Shown one piece after another: positions 50,201-61,333 of a stretch of DNA of 64,000 bases. The notes below the pieces were generated by a model. That model searched no databases. It had not been told where the DNA came from and saw only the letters and a program-made list of their open reading frames with translations. How positions within the stretch are numbered: the stretch's first letter is position 1; every line of letters begins with the position of its first letter. The DNA is from Takakia lepidozioides (taxonomy: Eukaryota > Plantae > Bryophyta): positions 57,474,001 to 57,538,000 of the forward strand of contig CM060731.1 of the NCBI GenBank assembly GCA_030704615.1, read 5' to 3'. Position numbers and translations under genes: made by a program.

Positions 50201-50843
50201 TCCTTCCTTTCTTGTGCATTAAGTATGCCAGAACTAAGGATTATTTGAGCAATGATTGGGCCAGACACTATGATAGGAGATTTTGCGGTAGTACCTTGTA
50301 ATCTTTTCATCTCCTCTACCAGTGCGTTGTACATTATGTCCGCCCATTGTACCTCTTGTCCCTTCAGCCTTTGAGGATTTCCTCTGTGAAGGATCTGCTC
50401 AAATATTGTTGGTTCTGTTTCAGGGCAATCAGAACGTTCAATACTTGGCCTATGTCTTTTAACCCTGGGTACACAGCTTTGGTACAAGCATAACCCTGAG
50501 TTTTAAAGAAACTCCCTTCTTGGAATAAATCCCCTATTTGCAGTCTTTCCCTGTGTTCCTCCACATACACATGACCTGCTGGCAATCGAAACAATTGCTG
50601 GAGGTATAGGGGAGTAATCATTAATTCAACTCCCTTCACCGTTGTTGTTCCTGTCTTTGGCTCAAAGTTCTGCAAAAATTGTAACATGTACTGTCTATGG
50701 TATAGTGTCCAATCCATGCTTTGCAATCCTTCCAATCTCAGCTCCTTCAGTATCTTTATCGCCTGTGGGGTAGCCATCGTTTGTTTCTGCAGAATTGTGG
50801 TGCTCTTCACCCTGATTTCCTCCATTCCTCTCACTCTCTTCAT
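47295..50843 (-). pseudogene. 3' extra ORF (env-like position): putative plant-transposon domain + long coiled coil; four frameshifted pieces
   Basis: ORFs 50364-50966, 49717-50487, 49364-49756 and 47295-49403 overlap end-to-end; MLQFLQNF..TVKGVELMITPLYLQQLFRLP resembles Athila/SIRE-type accessory ORFs; Q/E/L heptads. Confidence 0.7.
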
Positions 50844-50929
50844 CTTAGACTCACAGAACTGCTTTGGTTGTAACAACTGCAGGAATGCCTGTAGTGCACA
50901 AAGCAGAAACGTATGGTTGCCGCAGAAAG

Positions 50930-53900
50930 CTATGGGTAATCTCTTGTAAGCCTGCGGGGCTTGCAAGCATTGTTCAAGAGAAAAGCTCTGCTCTTTCGTT
51001 TCGTGTCTCTGCCATTGCGTAAGTAATATTGCGAGCGTATAGTCTGTTGCGTATAGTCTGTTAGTTCCTCCATAGTTTCCAAGTTATAGCATTTATGGCC
51101 TGTCCTGTCGAGACGCCCGTTACTCAGAACGACGCCGCCTCTTGCGCTCAATTTCCCTCCATTTTCTTGATCATTTCTCTGGTTTTCTATTGGCTGTATC
51201 CGCTGTGACTGGATTTTAACTTTTATTTTCTTTAGTGGACTTTCCCTGTTGGATAGTCCACTAGGATCACACATGCGACATGAATTCAGTTTTTCTGTAC
51301 TTGCCGTTCGTTCTGTTTCTCTTTTTCCGTATTCATTAATGGGCCCGCCTTTCATCCCATTTGACGGCCGTTCTTTTCCTCTTTCTTTTTGACACCTGTC
51401 CTTGCACTTCATTCTCTGCTGTGTGTCGCACCCTGACCTCCACGTGTCTATTTTTAAAGTAATTTCCGTTTCCTCTTCCGTCATCCATTTTCCTGAAGTT
51501 ATTATGTGTCCACTTGCCACTGATTCTATGGATGGTGTAACTTTAGTAGGCTGTGTTGAGCTGTGACAGGCTGTGTCATACTGTGTTACCCTGTGATAGG
51601 CTGTGTTGCACTGTGGTAAGCTGTGATAGGCTGTGACACGCTGCGGTAGGTTGTGATAGGCTGTGTTGCACTGTGGTAAGCTGTGATAGGCTGTGACACG
51701 CTGCGGTAGGTTGTGATAGGCTGTGTTGCGCCTTGCTGGGTTGTGGTTGGCTGTGTCACGTCGTGACGGGCTGTGGTAGGCTGTGTTGCGCCTTGCTGGG
51801 CTGTGGTTGGTTGTGTCACGTCGTGATGGGCTGTGATAGGCTGTGTCACGTTTGTTTTGCCCACCCCGGTCATATATACTGGGCCTAGCGACAAGTGTTC
51901 CATACTCCGTTCGTAACACTGGTGCAGCCCGTGACTGCTCTTGCGGTTCAACATGCAAATCATGCTGCAGGGGTTTGTCATGGATACCACTGTACCCCTT
52001 CAACTTATTTGAATTGACTCTTTCCAGCATTTCTTTGTTAATGGTTTGTAACATGGCTGTGTTGTTATCATACATCTTTTGTATGACATAAGGTCCTTTC
52101 CATGGTGATTTAAGCTTAGAAGCTTGAATCTTTCCTTTCTTCTGCAACCATAGAACCAAATCCCCCGTCTTAAAAGTCTTTAACTTGCCTTCATCAAACT
52201 GTTCCTTTCTCTTCATCTGAATTCTGGTCATATTATCAGCTGCATCAGCACGTACTTCTTCCACATGGTATAATTCATGTTTCCTGACCTTGATGGAGTC
52301 TTGCAATTCCATTCTTTTTCCCCACTCCGTTCTCATGGTAGGTAACAGGAATTCCACTGGAAGTAAGGCTTCCATACCATAAACTAATTGGAATGGTGTA
52401 TACTTTGTGGTGACTTTATACGAAGTCCTGTATGACCATAAAGCTGTCAGCAGCTTTGTATCCCAATCCGTTCTGTTTGCATTGACTATCTTAGCCAAGA
52501 TAGTACATAGTATTTTGTTGGTAGCCTCTGCCTGTCCATTACCCTGTGGGTAATATGTTGTACTCTTTCTATGCACAATCATAAACTCTTTAGTCAATAA
52601 CTCAATGGTCTCATTCATGAAGTGACTTCCTTGATCACTGATAAATTCTAAGGGACATCCAAATCGTGTAAGTATGTTCTCGTACAGGAACCTTGCTGTG
52701 GACTTGGCTGTGTTGTCCCTCAAAGCTTTAGCTTCCACCCACTTTGTAGTATAATCAGTGGCTGTAATTATGTACCTGTTTCGTGTATTCTTGGATGGTG
52801 GATTAATTGGTCCAACAAAGTCTAGTCCCCATTTCTGAAATGGTTCCGTAGGCATTGTAGGATGCAAGGCCATTCTTCCAGATCTCTGCAAAGGTCCTAG
52901 CCTCTGACATTCATCACACTTCTGACAATACTCATGTACATCTTTGAACAAAGTAGGCCACCAGTATCCTGCGAGTAGTATCTTTCTACTGGTAGTCTCT
53001 TCTCCAAAATGACCTCCAGCCACTCCTTTATGAACTTCCTCCAAGACTTTATTTACTTCATGGTGGTACAAGCATCGTTTTAGTACCCCATCTGGTCCTA
53101 ACTTATACATTCTGCTTCCTACCATAGTATAAGGTAAAGCTTTGATAGCGATTCTCTTCCTCTGCTCCTTACCATAACTAGGTGGGCACTGACCATGAGC
53201 AAGGTAGTATCTGATTGGCCACTGCCAATCTAACCATTCATCTGCACTTCCTTGCACCTCCATTACAAATAAACTCGCATCAGGTAACTGATCGTCCACT
53301 CCTGTGGCGGCCTCTCCTGTTGTTAGTCGTGACAAATGATCTGCCACAAGATGCAAACGGCCAGGCTTGTAAATAACCTCGAACTCAAACTCATGCAAGA
53401 TTATTAACCACCTCGCTATCCTTCCACTTATCAAAGGTTTGTTCACCAGATATATCAGAGCCTGGTGATCCACATAAAACATAAACTTTCTTCCCAATAG
53501 GTAATGCCTGAATTTCTTCACTGCATAGATCATTGCCAATGCTTCTCTTTCCGTTGTGCTATAGTTCCTCTCAGCACTGTTTATCAACCGGCTAGCATAG
53601 TACACAGGTGAATCTATATTCCCTGTAACATTCTGGGCTAACACCGCACCCAACGCTTCTCCTGATGCATCGCAGTGAACATGAAATACTACATGCCAGT
53701 GAGGGTTAATCAGCACAGGTGTAGTTGTTACTGACAGTGTAAGTTCCTCAAACGCCTGTTGACATTCAGCTGTCCAGGCAAACACTGCATCTTTCTTCAG
53801 AAGCTTGCTCAATGGTGCTGCTATTTGTGCATACCTTTTGACAAATCTTCTGTAATAACTGGTTTGCCCAAGGAATCTTCGTAGACTTTTAACATTCACT

Positions 53901-55141
53901 GGGGGTGGAGAGGCTTTAATGGACTCTGTCTTCCTGGGATCCACAAGGAGTCCCTTCTTACACACAATGTGTCCCAGAAGCACCCCTGAGTTCACACAGA
54001 AAGTACACTTCTCTGGATTCAGGCCCAGACCTCTCATCCTGCATCTGGCCAAACATAACTCCAATTTATGCAAGTGCTCACTCTTAGAGCTGTACACACT
54101 GAAATCATCCAAGAATACCTGCATGAAATCATCCAGATACTCATGAAAAGATTCACTTATCACTCTCTGAAAGGTCGCTGGTGCATTACAAAGTCCAAAG
54201 GGCATGACTTTGTATGCATAAGCCCCCCAGTCTGTGATGAAAGTTGTTTTCCCTTGGTCTTCTTCTGCCACTTGCACTTGATTATAACCACTGAAGCCAT
54301 CCATGAATGAGTACATCTCATGGCCTGCCACAGTGTCTAATACTGCTTCTATGAATGGCAAAGGGAAAGGATCTTTCTTCGTACAAGCATTCAGCTTCTT
54401 ATAGTTCACACATACTCTTAGTTTGCCATTCTTCTTGGGAACTATAACAATGGGTGACAACCAAGTTGTATACTCTATTGGGTATATAAACTTAGCCTCA
54501 GCCAACTTCTTTATCTCTTCTCCAACCTTCTGTGCGTAGTTGGGATTCATTCTATACCTCGCCTGCTTGATTGGTACTGACCCTGGTTCCAGTTCAATCT
54601 TATGCTGACAGACTTCAGGTGGTATCCCTTTTAGATCCTCATAGCTCCAAGCAAATACATCTCTGTATTTGATGAACAAGCTTTTAGCTTCTTCGAAGAA
54701 TTCCGGCTCCAAATCAGCTCCTACTTTCACCATCCTCGGTTCCTCCTGAGTTCCCACATTTACTTCTCTCACCTGCTCATCAGCTGTGATTGTCCAACCA
54801 GTCACCACTTCATCCTGTAAGCTCACAGTGGCTGGTTCTTCTAGGATTTCTATTTCTCCTTCTCTCTCTTCATAGAAATGTGATGGGTAAATGCTGGTTT
54901 CCTCTTCAGTTGGTGTTGCTGTCACTACACCACAGCAGATACCTCTCAAACAACTTAGGCTTTCCAGCCGCATCTCCGCAACCTGCTCCCACTCTGGGTG
55001 TGCAGCAAATAGGGTAGCTTCCTGCTCCTCATCCAGTCCTCCTCTCCAGTCATACTCTCTGACTCCTCGAGGTCTTCTTGTAGCAGGTAATCTACTAGAT
55101 TTCTTTGTGGTAATTTGTATCTCGTGTATCCCATTATGCAC
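50930..55141 (-). CDS. pol: pol (RT, RNase H, integrase, C-terminal extension), uninterrupted 1403 aa
   Basis: MDGFSGYNQ, VFLDDF, HCDAS, GGHFG..CDEC, WGLDFVGP, SDQGSHF, YPQGNGQAE, WKGPY. Confidence 0.95.
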   Translation of the reverse strand: MHNGIHEIQITTKKSSRLPATRRPRGVREYDWRGGLDEEQEATLFAAHPEWEQVAEMRLESLSCLRGICCGVVTATPTEEETSIYPSHFYEEREGEIEILEEPATVSLQDEVVTGWTITADEQVREVNVGTQEEPRMVKVGADLEPEFFEEAKSLFIKYRDVFAWSYEDLKGIPPEVCQHKIELEPGSVPIKQARYRMNPNYAQKVGEEIKKLAEAKFIYPIEYTTWLSPIVIVPKKNGKLRVCVNYKKLNACTKKDPFPLPFIEAVLDTVAGHEMYSFMDGFSGYNQVQVAEEDQGKTTFITDWGAYAYKVMPFGLCNAPATFQRVISESFHEYLDDFMQVFLDDFSVYSSKSEHLHKLELCLARCRMRGLGLNPEKCTFCVNSGVLLGHIVCKKGLLVDPRKTESIKASPPPVNVKSLRRFLGQTSYYRRFVKRYAQIAAPLSKLLKKDAVFAWTAECQQAFEELTLSVTTTPVLINPHWHVVFHVHCDASGEALGAVLAQNVTGNIDSPVYYASRLINSAERNYSTTEREALAMIYAVKKFRHYLLGRKFMFYVDHQALIYLVNKPLISGRIARWLIILHEFEFEVIYKPGRLHLVADHLSRLTTGEAATGVDDQLPDASLFVMEVQGSADEWLDWQWPIRYYLAHGQCPPSYGKEQRKRIAIKALPYTMVGSRMYKLGPDGVLKRCLYHHEVNKVLEEVHKGVAGGHFGEETTSRKILLAGYWWPTLFKDVHEYCQKCDECQRLGPLQRSGRMALHPTMPTEPFQKWGLDFVGPINPPSKNTRNRYIITATDYTTKWVEAKALRDNTAKSTARFLYENILTRFGCPLEFISDQGSHFMNETIELLTKEFMIVHRKSTTYYPQGNGQAEATNKILCTILAKIVNANRTDWDTKLLTALWSYRTSYKVTTKYTPFQLVYGMEALLPVEFLLPTMRTEWGKRMELQDSIKVRKHELYHVEEVRADAADNMTRIQMKRKEQFDEGKLKTFKTGDLVLWLQKKGKIQASKLKSPWKGPYVIQKMYDNNTAMLQTINKEMLERVNSNKLKGYSGIHDKPLQHDLHVEPQEQSRAAPVLRTEYGTLVARPSIYDRGGQNKRDTAYHSPSRRDTTNHSPARRNTAYHSPSRRDTANHNPARRNTAYHNLPQRVTAYHSLPQCNTAYHNLPQRVTAYHSLPQCNTAYHRVTQYDTACHSSTQPTKVTPSIESVASGHIITSGKWMTEEETEITLKIDTWRSGCDTQQRMKCKDRCQKERGKERPSNGMKGGPINEYGKRETERTASTEKLNSCRMCDPSGLSNRESPLKKIKVKIQSQRIQPIENQRNDQENGGKLSARGGVVLSNGRLDRTGHKCYNLETMEELTDYTQQTIRSQYYLRNGRDTKRKSRAFLLNNACKPRRLTRDYP

Positions 55142-58100
55142 GTTAGTAACTGAGAATTCCAGTCATGGAATACCCTGGCCTGTTTCAGCCACGGACGTCC
55201 CAATAATAAGGAGTAAGCCTCCATGACTTCATCCATTTTTAATACAGTTACTGTGATCATAAAGATCATTTTCTGTATCTGTATCTTAACTCCTCTTATT
55301 AATCCCAATGGCTGCACACTTCTTTGATCTGCCATTGTTACTGTAAATGGGGCTGGTTTCATGTTACTTAGACCAAGCTTCTTCCTTAATTGGTCTGTCA
55401 TGATATTTACTCCAGAACCACCATCTATCAGTACATCAGTTAGTTCTGTGCTTCCAATTCTCAATTGGATTACTGGCATAGAATCATCAAAGTCCATGAC
55501 TGGTTCTCGCCCTTCCGGCTTCACATTATAACTGGTCACCTTGCTGTTCAGGTCTGTGTTTCCTGTCTCTTGGGCAATTCGATTGATTGCCTGATACAGC
55601 CTGTGCCTACAATAAGGTGCCACAGCTAATAGCTGTCCAATGGTAATTTCTGCTTTGGTCTGACATATTACTGCAGCCAAAGTCTCTTCATTACTTTGCA
55701 TGTCTGCATCTTTTTTTTTCCTTTCTTCCTCACTCCCTTCTTTTTCTCCATCCGAATCAGAGGAATCTGCCACAGGAATATCAGTACTCTTTTGCATTTC
55801 CCTTATAGTATCTGCCACTTCCTTGTGCAGTTCCTTCTCATCTTTCCAAGTCTTTTCATCTTCAGGCATATCATTGCCACTTCCATTCTCATCTTCTTCC
55901 TCTTCTACTGGAGGTATTAGTTTGGCTTTACTTCTTGTTACTATCATTGTACTTACTTCTGGTACAACACATGGCCTAACCATGTGAGCTGCCACCACTG
56001 GGCCCTCATTCACAGGAGCTCTCATCTCATTCTGGTGTCTTATCCAGAATGAACAGGCTGCCTTGCGATGTCCTGGCTGATTACAATAGTAACATAGCTC
56101 TTCACCATTGGGTCCTCGCCCTTGGTCTGTTCTTGGATTATTTCTATAATCCTGATTCCCGGGCTGGTAATTCCCCCTTGGATTACCCTGATAGTTGCCT
56201 CTGGAATTTCCTTGGTAATTCCCTCTTGAATTACCTCTCCCTTCCATGCCATTGTTATAACCACCAGACCTACCATAGTGGTCCTGATCATTGTTTCTTC
56301 TTGGCTGGGGCTGCACCTGATGCACCCTTACTTGCCTAGGTTCTCTTGCAGCTGTCCTTCTGTTGTAGTAACAATTCTCAGTAGAATGGTTATCCATTTT
56401 ACAGATAGTACAGTGTTTCTCCTTCATGTGGCATTCTGTGGTGGTATGGCCTTCATTCTGGCACTTTGCACACCATACACCCTTCCTCCAATGTGTTGCA
56501 GCCTCTGTGGCATACTTCTTCAAGATTTCTTCCAATTTTTTTTCATAGTTATCCCTCTTCAACTTCTCCTTTCTCTTACTCTTTCTTTTTAGTTCTTGCT
56601 CTTCTTCTTCATCTGACTCATCCTCAGAGTCCTCATCTTCTTTTTCTCTCTCCTGAGCATTCCCAATTGCTCAATTCTGTTCGTTTCAAATGCCTCCTCC
56701 ACTGTATTATGGGGTAACATATCCACTTTCTTTTGCAACTCTGGTCTTAATCCACTCACAAACCAAGTCTTCTGTAAACCGGGCGCTGGTACTGCAGCCA
56801 GCTTTTTCATCATCAATTCCATCTTCTCCATATACTCTTCAACAGTTTCATGCTTCTTCTGCTTCAGCTGTTGTAAACTTCCATACACTTCATCCTCACT
56901 TTTACTTGTCCTGAACCTATTTCGAAATGCTGTATTCAAGCCATTCCAGGTTAGGAAATGATTATCAGGGAATCTTGCATACCATTCACTTGCTTTCTTG
57001 ATAAGTGAACAAGGAAACAGTCTCATCTTGGCATCATCGCCATTCTCATTGTTCACTATACACATGTGCTCAAATTGGCTAATGTGTACATCGGGATCCC
57101 CTTTCCCTGAATATATTGGAAAGGGTGGTTTTGCCCGTGTTGGTTGTAACGCCATCTGTGGCCCTACCTTCTGCCCACTGACAGGTGCTGGCACCCTTGC
57201 TGGTGCTGGTCCTTCTGGACCTGTTGTTTTTGTGGTGGATCTTCCACCAAGTGGTGGCCCTTGAGCACTCCTTGCTTCTGGTCCCACGATATTCACAGTA
57301 TTCCCAGCTTCAGTTGCACTACTTCCCACACTCCCTGTCCCCCCAGAGCCAGATCCAGGCAGCCCGCCTGATCCCCCTGAGCCGACACCTTCGTTGGCAT
57401 GTGATCCAAGTGCTCCACTTGATCCAGGTCCAACGGGTTGGGATTGTCGCGCGGCTTTTCCTCACCCATCCCTTCGCTATCCGAAGCGGAAACTCCAAGA
57501 TAGAAGAGTTGGAAATCTCTAAGTACTCAGCCCGCGCAGAACAATCAGTCATGACCTACAGCTAGTGTATCATGGGGGTGTTTCCTATTTGTTTCCCTTT
57601 CCGCATTCATCTTAGCTACCTTACCATTGATAATTAAGTATCAGTTTGCTTCATCAATCTATCGGTTTCCTTCACTCATCCATTCAATCCACAGCTTCTC
57701 TCAGATCTCTCTACACAGTGTGATTGTATCGTATAAGTATCAGATTATGATTTATCAGGTATCAGGCCGAAGCCATTATCTCTAATCTGCTCTCCAATAT
57801 CACTACAGCTTTGCATATACAATAGCATCTACTAATCCTCTTTTCTCCTTCATCGTGCTCTCCATCTCTTGCCTCCGATCTCCGCTCCAGCCTGACTCAG
57901 AAGTCCTCCTCCGAATAATGATGATCCTCCTTCATTCCCCGTTTCTCCCTTTATCCTCCTATCCCGGTTCTAACCGTTTCCCTCTCTAACCGTCGTCTGT
58001 GAACTAACATGTTCCCTTCGCAGGTGTTGTTCCCCACAGTCGTTCCCTGTCCTACTCTTCTTCCTATGATCGTGACCGCTGTGTCAAGCTGTGACTGGCT

Positions 58101-59037
58101 TGTGAAACTGTGACGGGCTGTTGACTGGCTGTGCGACTGTGTTTGGCTATGTCGGGGCTGTGACTGGCTGTGTCGGCTGTGTCGGGCTGTGATTGGCTGT
58201 GTGGGCTTGTGACGACTGTGACGGGCTGGTGTTGGCTGTGTGGCTGTGGTCGGCTGTGACGATTGTGACGGGCTGTGTTGGCTGTGTTGGCTGTGTCGGC
58301 TGTGACGACTGTGACGGGCTGTGTTGGCTGTGTGGGCTGTGACGACTGTGACGGGCTGTGACGACTGTGTAACCCCCCTCTACAGTGCGCTGCTGTCACC
58401 CCTAAGGCTCCTGTTGGTCTCAGTCTGTGCAAAATTAAGGGTACCCTACAGATCCCGTATAAGTGTCTAAGTCCCCTACAGTCCTCTAACAGGGATGTCC
58501 TGGTTGTAGTCTCAACCTCAGCTGTTGGGTCTACTTCTTCATATTCTTCCTCTTCTAATTCTTCTCTCTGTTTTCATCCTCCAAGTTCTGCCCTTGGGTT
58601 TCTTCTTCACTCATGTAACTCAACTGTAATGGTGTTGGAGAGTCTGAACTCTCCGTTGGCTCTGCCACATATCCTCTCTCTTTTTCATCTTCTGCTTCAG
58701 AAACTGGAGTTCCTGCTTTTGGTGTTCCATGCCAACTCTTATCAAAGATTTCTGTCAAGTCTTTTATCCAAGGATGTACCTCAGATCTTTCACCTCGTGA
58801 TTGATCTTCTTCCTATACCAATTCCCTTAATCTTTCTTGCAAAGAAACAGAAGGAGTGGCATCCAACTCTAGTTCTTCCGGTATAGGTGATGCACTCTTT
58901 GATCTTGATGGTGTGAGAGGTCCAGATGATTCCCCTATGTCTATTCCTCTCTCCCAAAGATATGGATAATTAGCTTTCAGATAGCTTTCTCTTTTTGCTG
59001 AATATCTCTGTCGTCTAGCTTCTCTTTCATCACTCAT
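55142..59037 (-). pseudogene. gag: gag-protease of family A copy 2, interrupted by a solo LTR
   Basis: YSGKGDPDVH, LFPCSL..ASEWY, three CCHC knuckles, LIDGGSG, LLGRPW. Confidence 0.9.
57445..58491 (-). mobile_element. Solo LTR of family A inserted in gag of the same family
   Basis: Complete LTR flanked by 5-bp TSD GGGAT (57440-57444, 58492-58496); uninterrupted site seen at ~1320-1335 in copy 1. Confidence 0.93.
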
Positions 59038-59049
59038 GTCCCATGTCGT

Positions 59050-59500
59050 TCATTTCTTTTTATGTGGCAATAACCAAAACTCTCTTCTGTAATATCTCTC
59101 GTATATGCCTGGGTTTCTTTCAAGCTTCAATGCACCCTTGGCTATACTTGAAGTCTCCGTTACCATATACCATATGGCAAACAAGTCTGAAAAGCTGTTC
59201 TTGGTGTGAGTTTGATCCACAAAATATCCTTTGGAATCCAATTCTTTACCAGTACAAGCTCTTCATGCATATGAGTATAAACATTCACCTTTCTTTCTTC
59301 CCAGCCTTCAAACTCTACTCGTTTAATGGATAGCAATGCTATCACATAAACCAATGTTGGTAACCAACGTGCTCTTCCTCTACAGGCTACCTGATAAATC
59401 TTTATCACTCCTTTCTCCAGACCCCATTCTGGATCAGCATCATGCACTCGTTTAAGAATATTTTCTTTACAACCGTCTGGCAATTCCAGAACCTTTGAAA
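59050..59500 (-). pseudogene. Extra ORF upstream of gag (copy of 303-758)
   Basis: Near-identical translation, one frameshift. Confidence 0.55.
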
Positions 59501-59650
59501 GAATCGTTAGGACAATCTTTCTTCCTTCGTTCCACAGGGAATTTGATTCACTTCACTTCAAATTCTTTAATGGTCCAACCACCATGATCCCACCAGATGC
59601 CTGTCACATCTGGTTGTTCATGTCCCCAGGTCCCCAGTATGGTCGCCAAA

Positions 59651-60638
59651 TGTCGCGCGGCTTTTACTCACCCATCCCTTCGCTATCCGAGGCGGAAACT
59701 CCAAGATAGAAGAGTTGGAAATCTCTAAGTACTCAGCCCGCGCAGAACAATCAGTCATGACCTACAGCTAGTGTATCATGGGGTGTTTCCTATTTGTTTC
59801 CCTTTCCGCATTCATCTTAGCTACCTTACCATTGATAATTAAATATCAGTTTGCTTCATCAATCTATCGGTTTCCTTCACTCATCCATTCAATCCACAGC
59901 TTCACTCTCAGATCTCTCTACACAGTGTGATTGTATCGTATAAGTATCAGATTATGATTTATCAGGTATCAGGCCGAAGCCATTATGTCTCTAATCTGCT
60001 CTAACAATATCACTACAGCTTTGCATATAACAAGCATCTACTAATCCTCTTTTCTCCTTCATCGTGCTCTCCATCTTTTGCTTCCGATCTCCGCTCCAGC
60101 CTGACTAAGAAGTCCTCCTCTGAAGAATGATAAAATCCCCTCCTTCATTCCCCGTTTTCCCTTTTATCTTCCTATCCGCAGTTCTAACCGTTTCCCTCAC
60201 TAAACCGTCGTCTGTGAACTAACATGTTCCCTTCGCAGGTGTTGTTCCCCAGTCGTTCCTGCTTACTCTTCTACTCTTCGTTCCCTATGATCGTGACAGC
60301 TGTGTCCAGCTGTGACTGGCTGTGTGAAACTGTGACGGGCTGTGACTGGCTGTGCGACTGTGTTTGGCTGTGTCGGGCTGTGACTGGCTGTGTGGCTGTG
60401 CCGGGCTGTGTCGGCTGTGTCGGCTGTGTTGGCTGTGACGACTGTGACGACTGTGACGGGTGTTTGCTGTGTTGGCTGTGTGGACTGTGACGGCTGTGTG
60501 GGCTGTGACGACTGTGTAACCCCCTCTTACAGTGCGCTGCTGTCACCCCTAAGGCTCCTGTTGGTCTCAGTCTGTGCCAAATTTGGGTTACCCTACAGAT
60601 CCCGTATAAGTGTCTAAGTCCCCTACAGTCCTCTAACA
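59651..60638 (-). repeat. 5' LTR of family A copy 2
   Basis: TG...CA; followed on - by PBS TGGCGACCATACTGGGGA. Confidence 0.93.
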
Positions 60639-61333
60639 ACAGCCAGTCACAGCTCAGCACAGTCACAGCTTGACACAGCCTGTCACAACGTACATGGGGA
60701 ACGGTTATCATTGACAGGGAACGACTGTGTGGGAACAACATTTGCAGAGGGAACGTGTTACTTCAGGGGTGACGGTTAGTTAATTAGGTGGTTAGAACAG
60801 CTTGCGGGTAGATTAGGCAAGGTGGCAACATGAAGGGGATCACTTCACAGGATCACTTCTTGGAGGGGGCGACTTGGTCAGGGGGAGAGGAGACGAAACG
60901 GAGAGCGGAAACAGTGAAGAGGGGATGATGACTTGATTGAGACTTAATTAATGCAAGCTGTAGAATCATACAGAAGGGTAGATTAGGAACACCATGGCAG
61001 TGGCCTGATACTTGATAAATCTTAATCTGATACTTAATCGATACAATCATACTATGCAGAGAGACATGAGAGAAGCCGTGGAATGAATGAATGATTGATT
61101 GATTGGAACTTGGTAAATACTGAAGCAATCTGATGCTTCAGTATACACAGTAAGGTAAATTGATAACATGAAGGCAAGAAAGAATACAAATAGGAAGCAC
61201 AACCATGATTCACTAGCTGTAGGCCATGACTGATTGTTCTGAGCGGGCTGAGTGCTTAGAGATATCCAACTCTTCTATCTTGGAGTTTCCACCTCGGATA
61301 GCGAAGGGATGGGTGAGTAAAAGCCGCTCAACA
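60639..61333 (+). repeat. Partial LTR of a related (A-like) subfamily
   Basis: 3' end ...GGGTGAGTAAAAGCCGCTCAACA homologous to the family A LTR end; diverged middle. Confidence 0.8.

Larger units (their letters stand above)
46155..60638 (-). mobile_element. Family A Ty3/Gypsy copy 2, nearly full length
   Basis: 5' LTR 59651-60638, PBS, upstream ORF, gag, 1403-aa pol ORF, 3' extra ORFs, PPT 47256-47273, 3' LTR 46155-47255. Confidence 0.95.
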
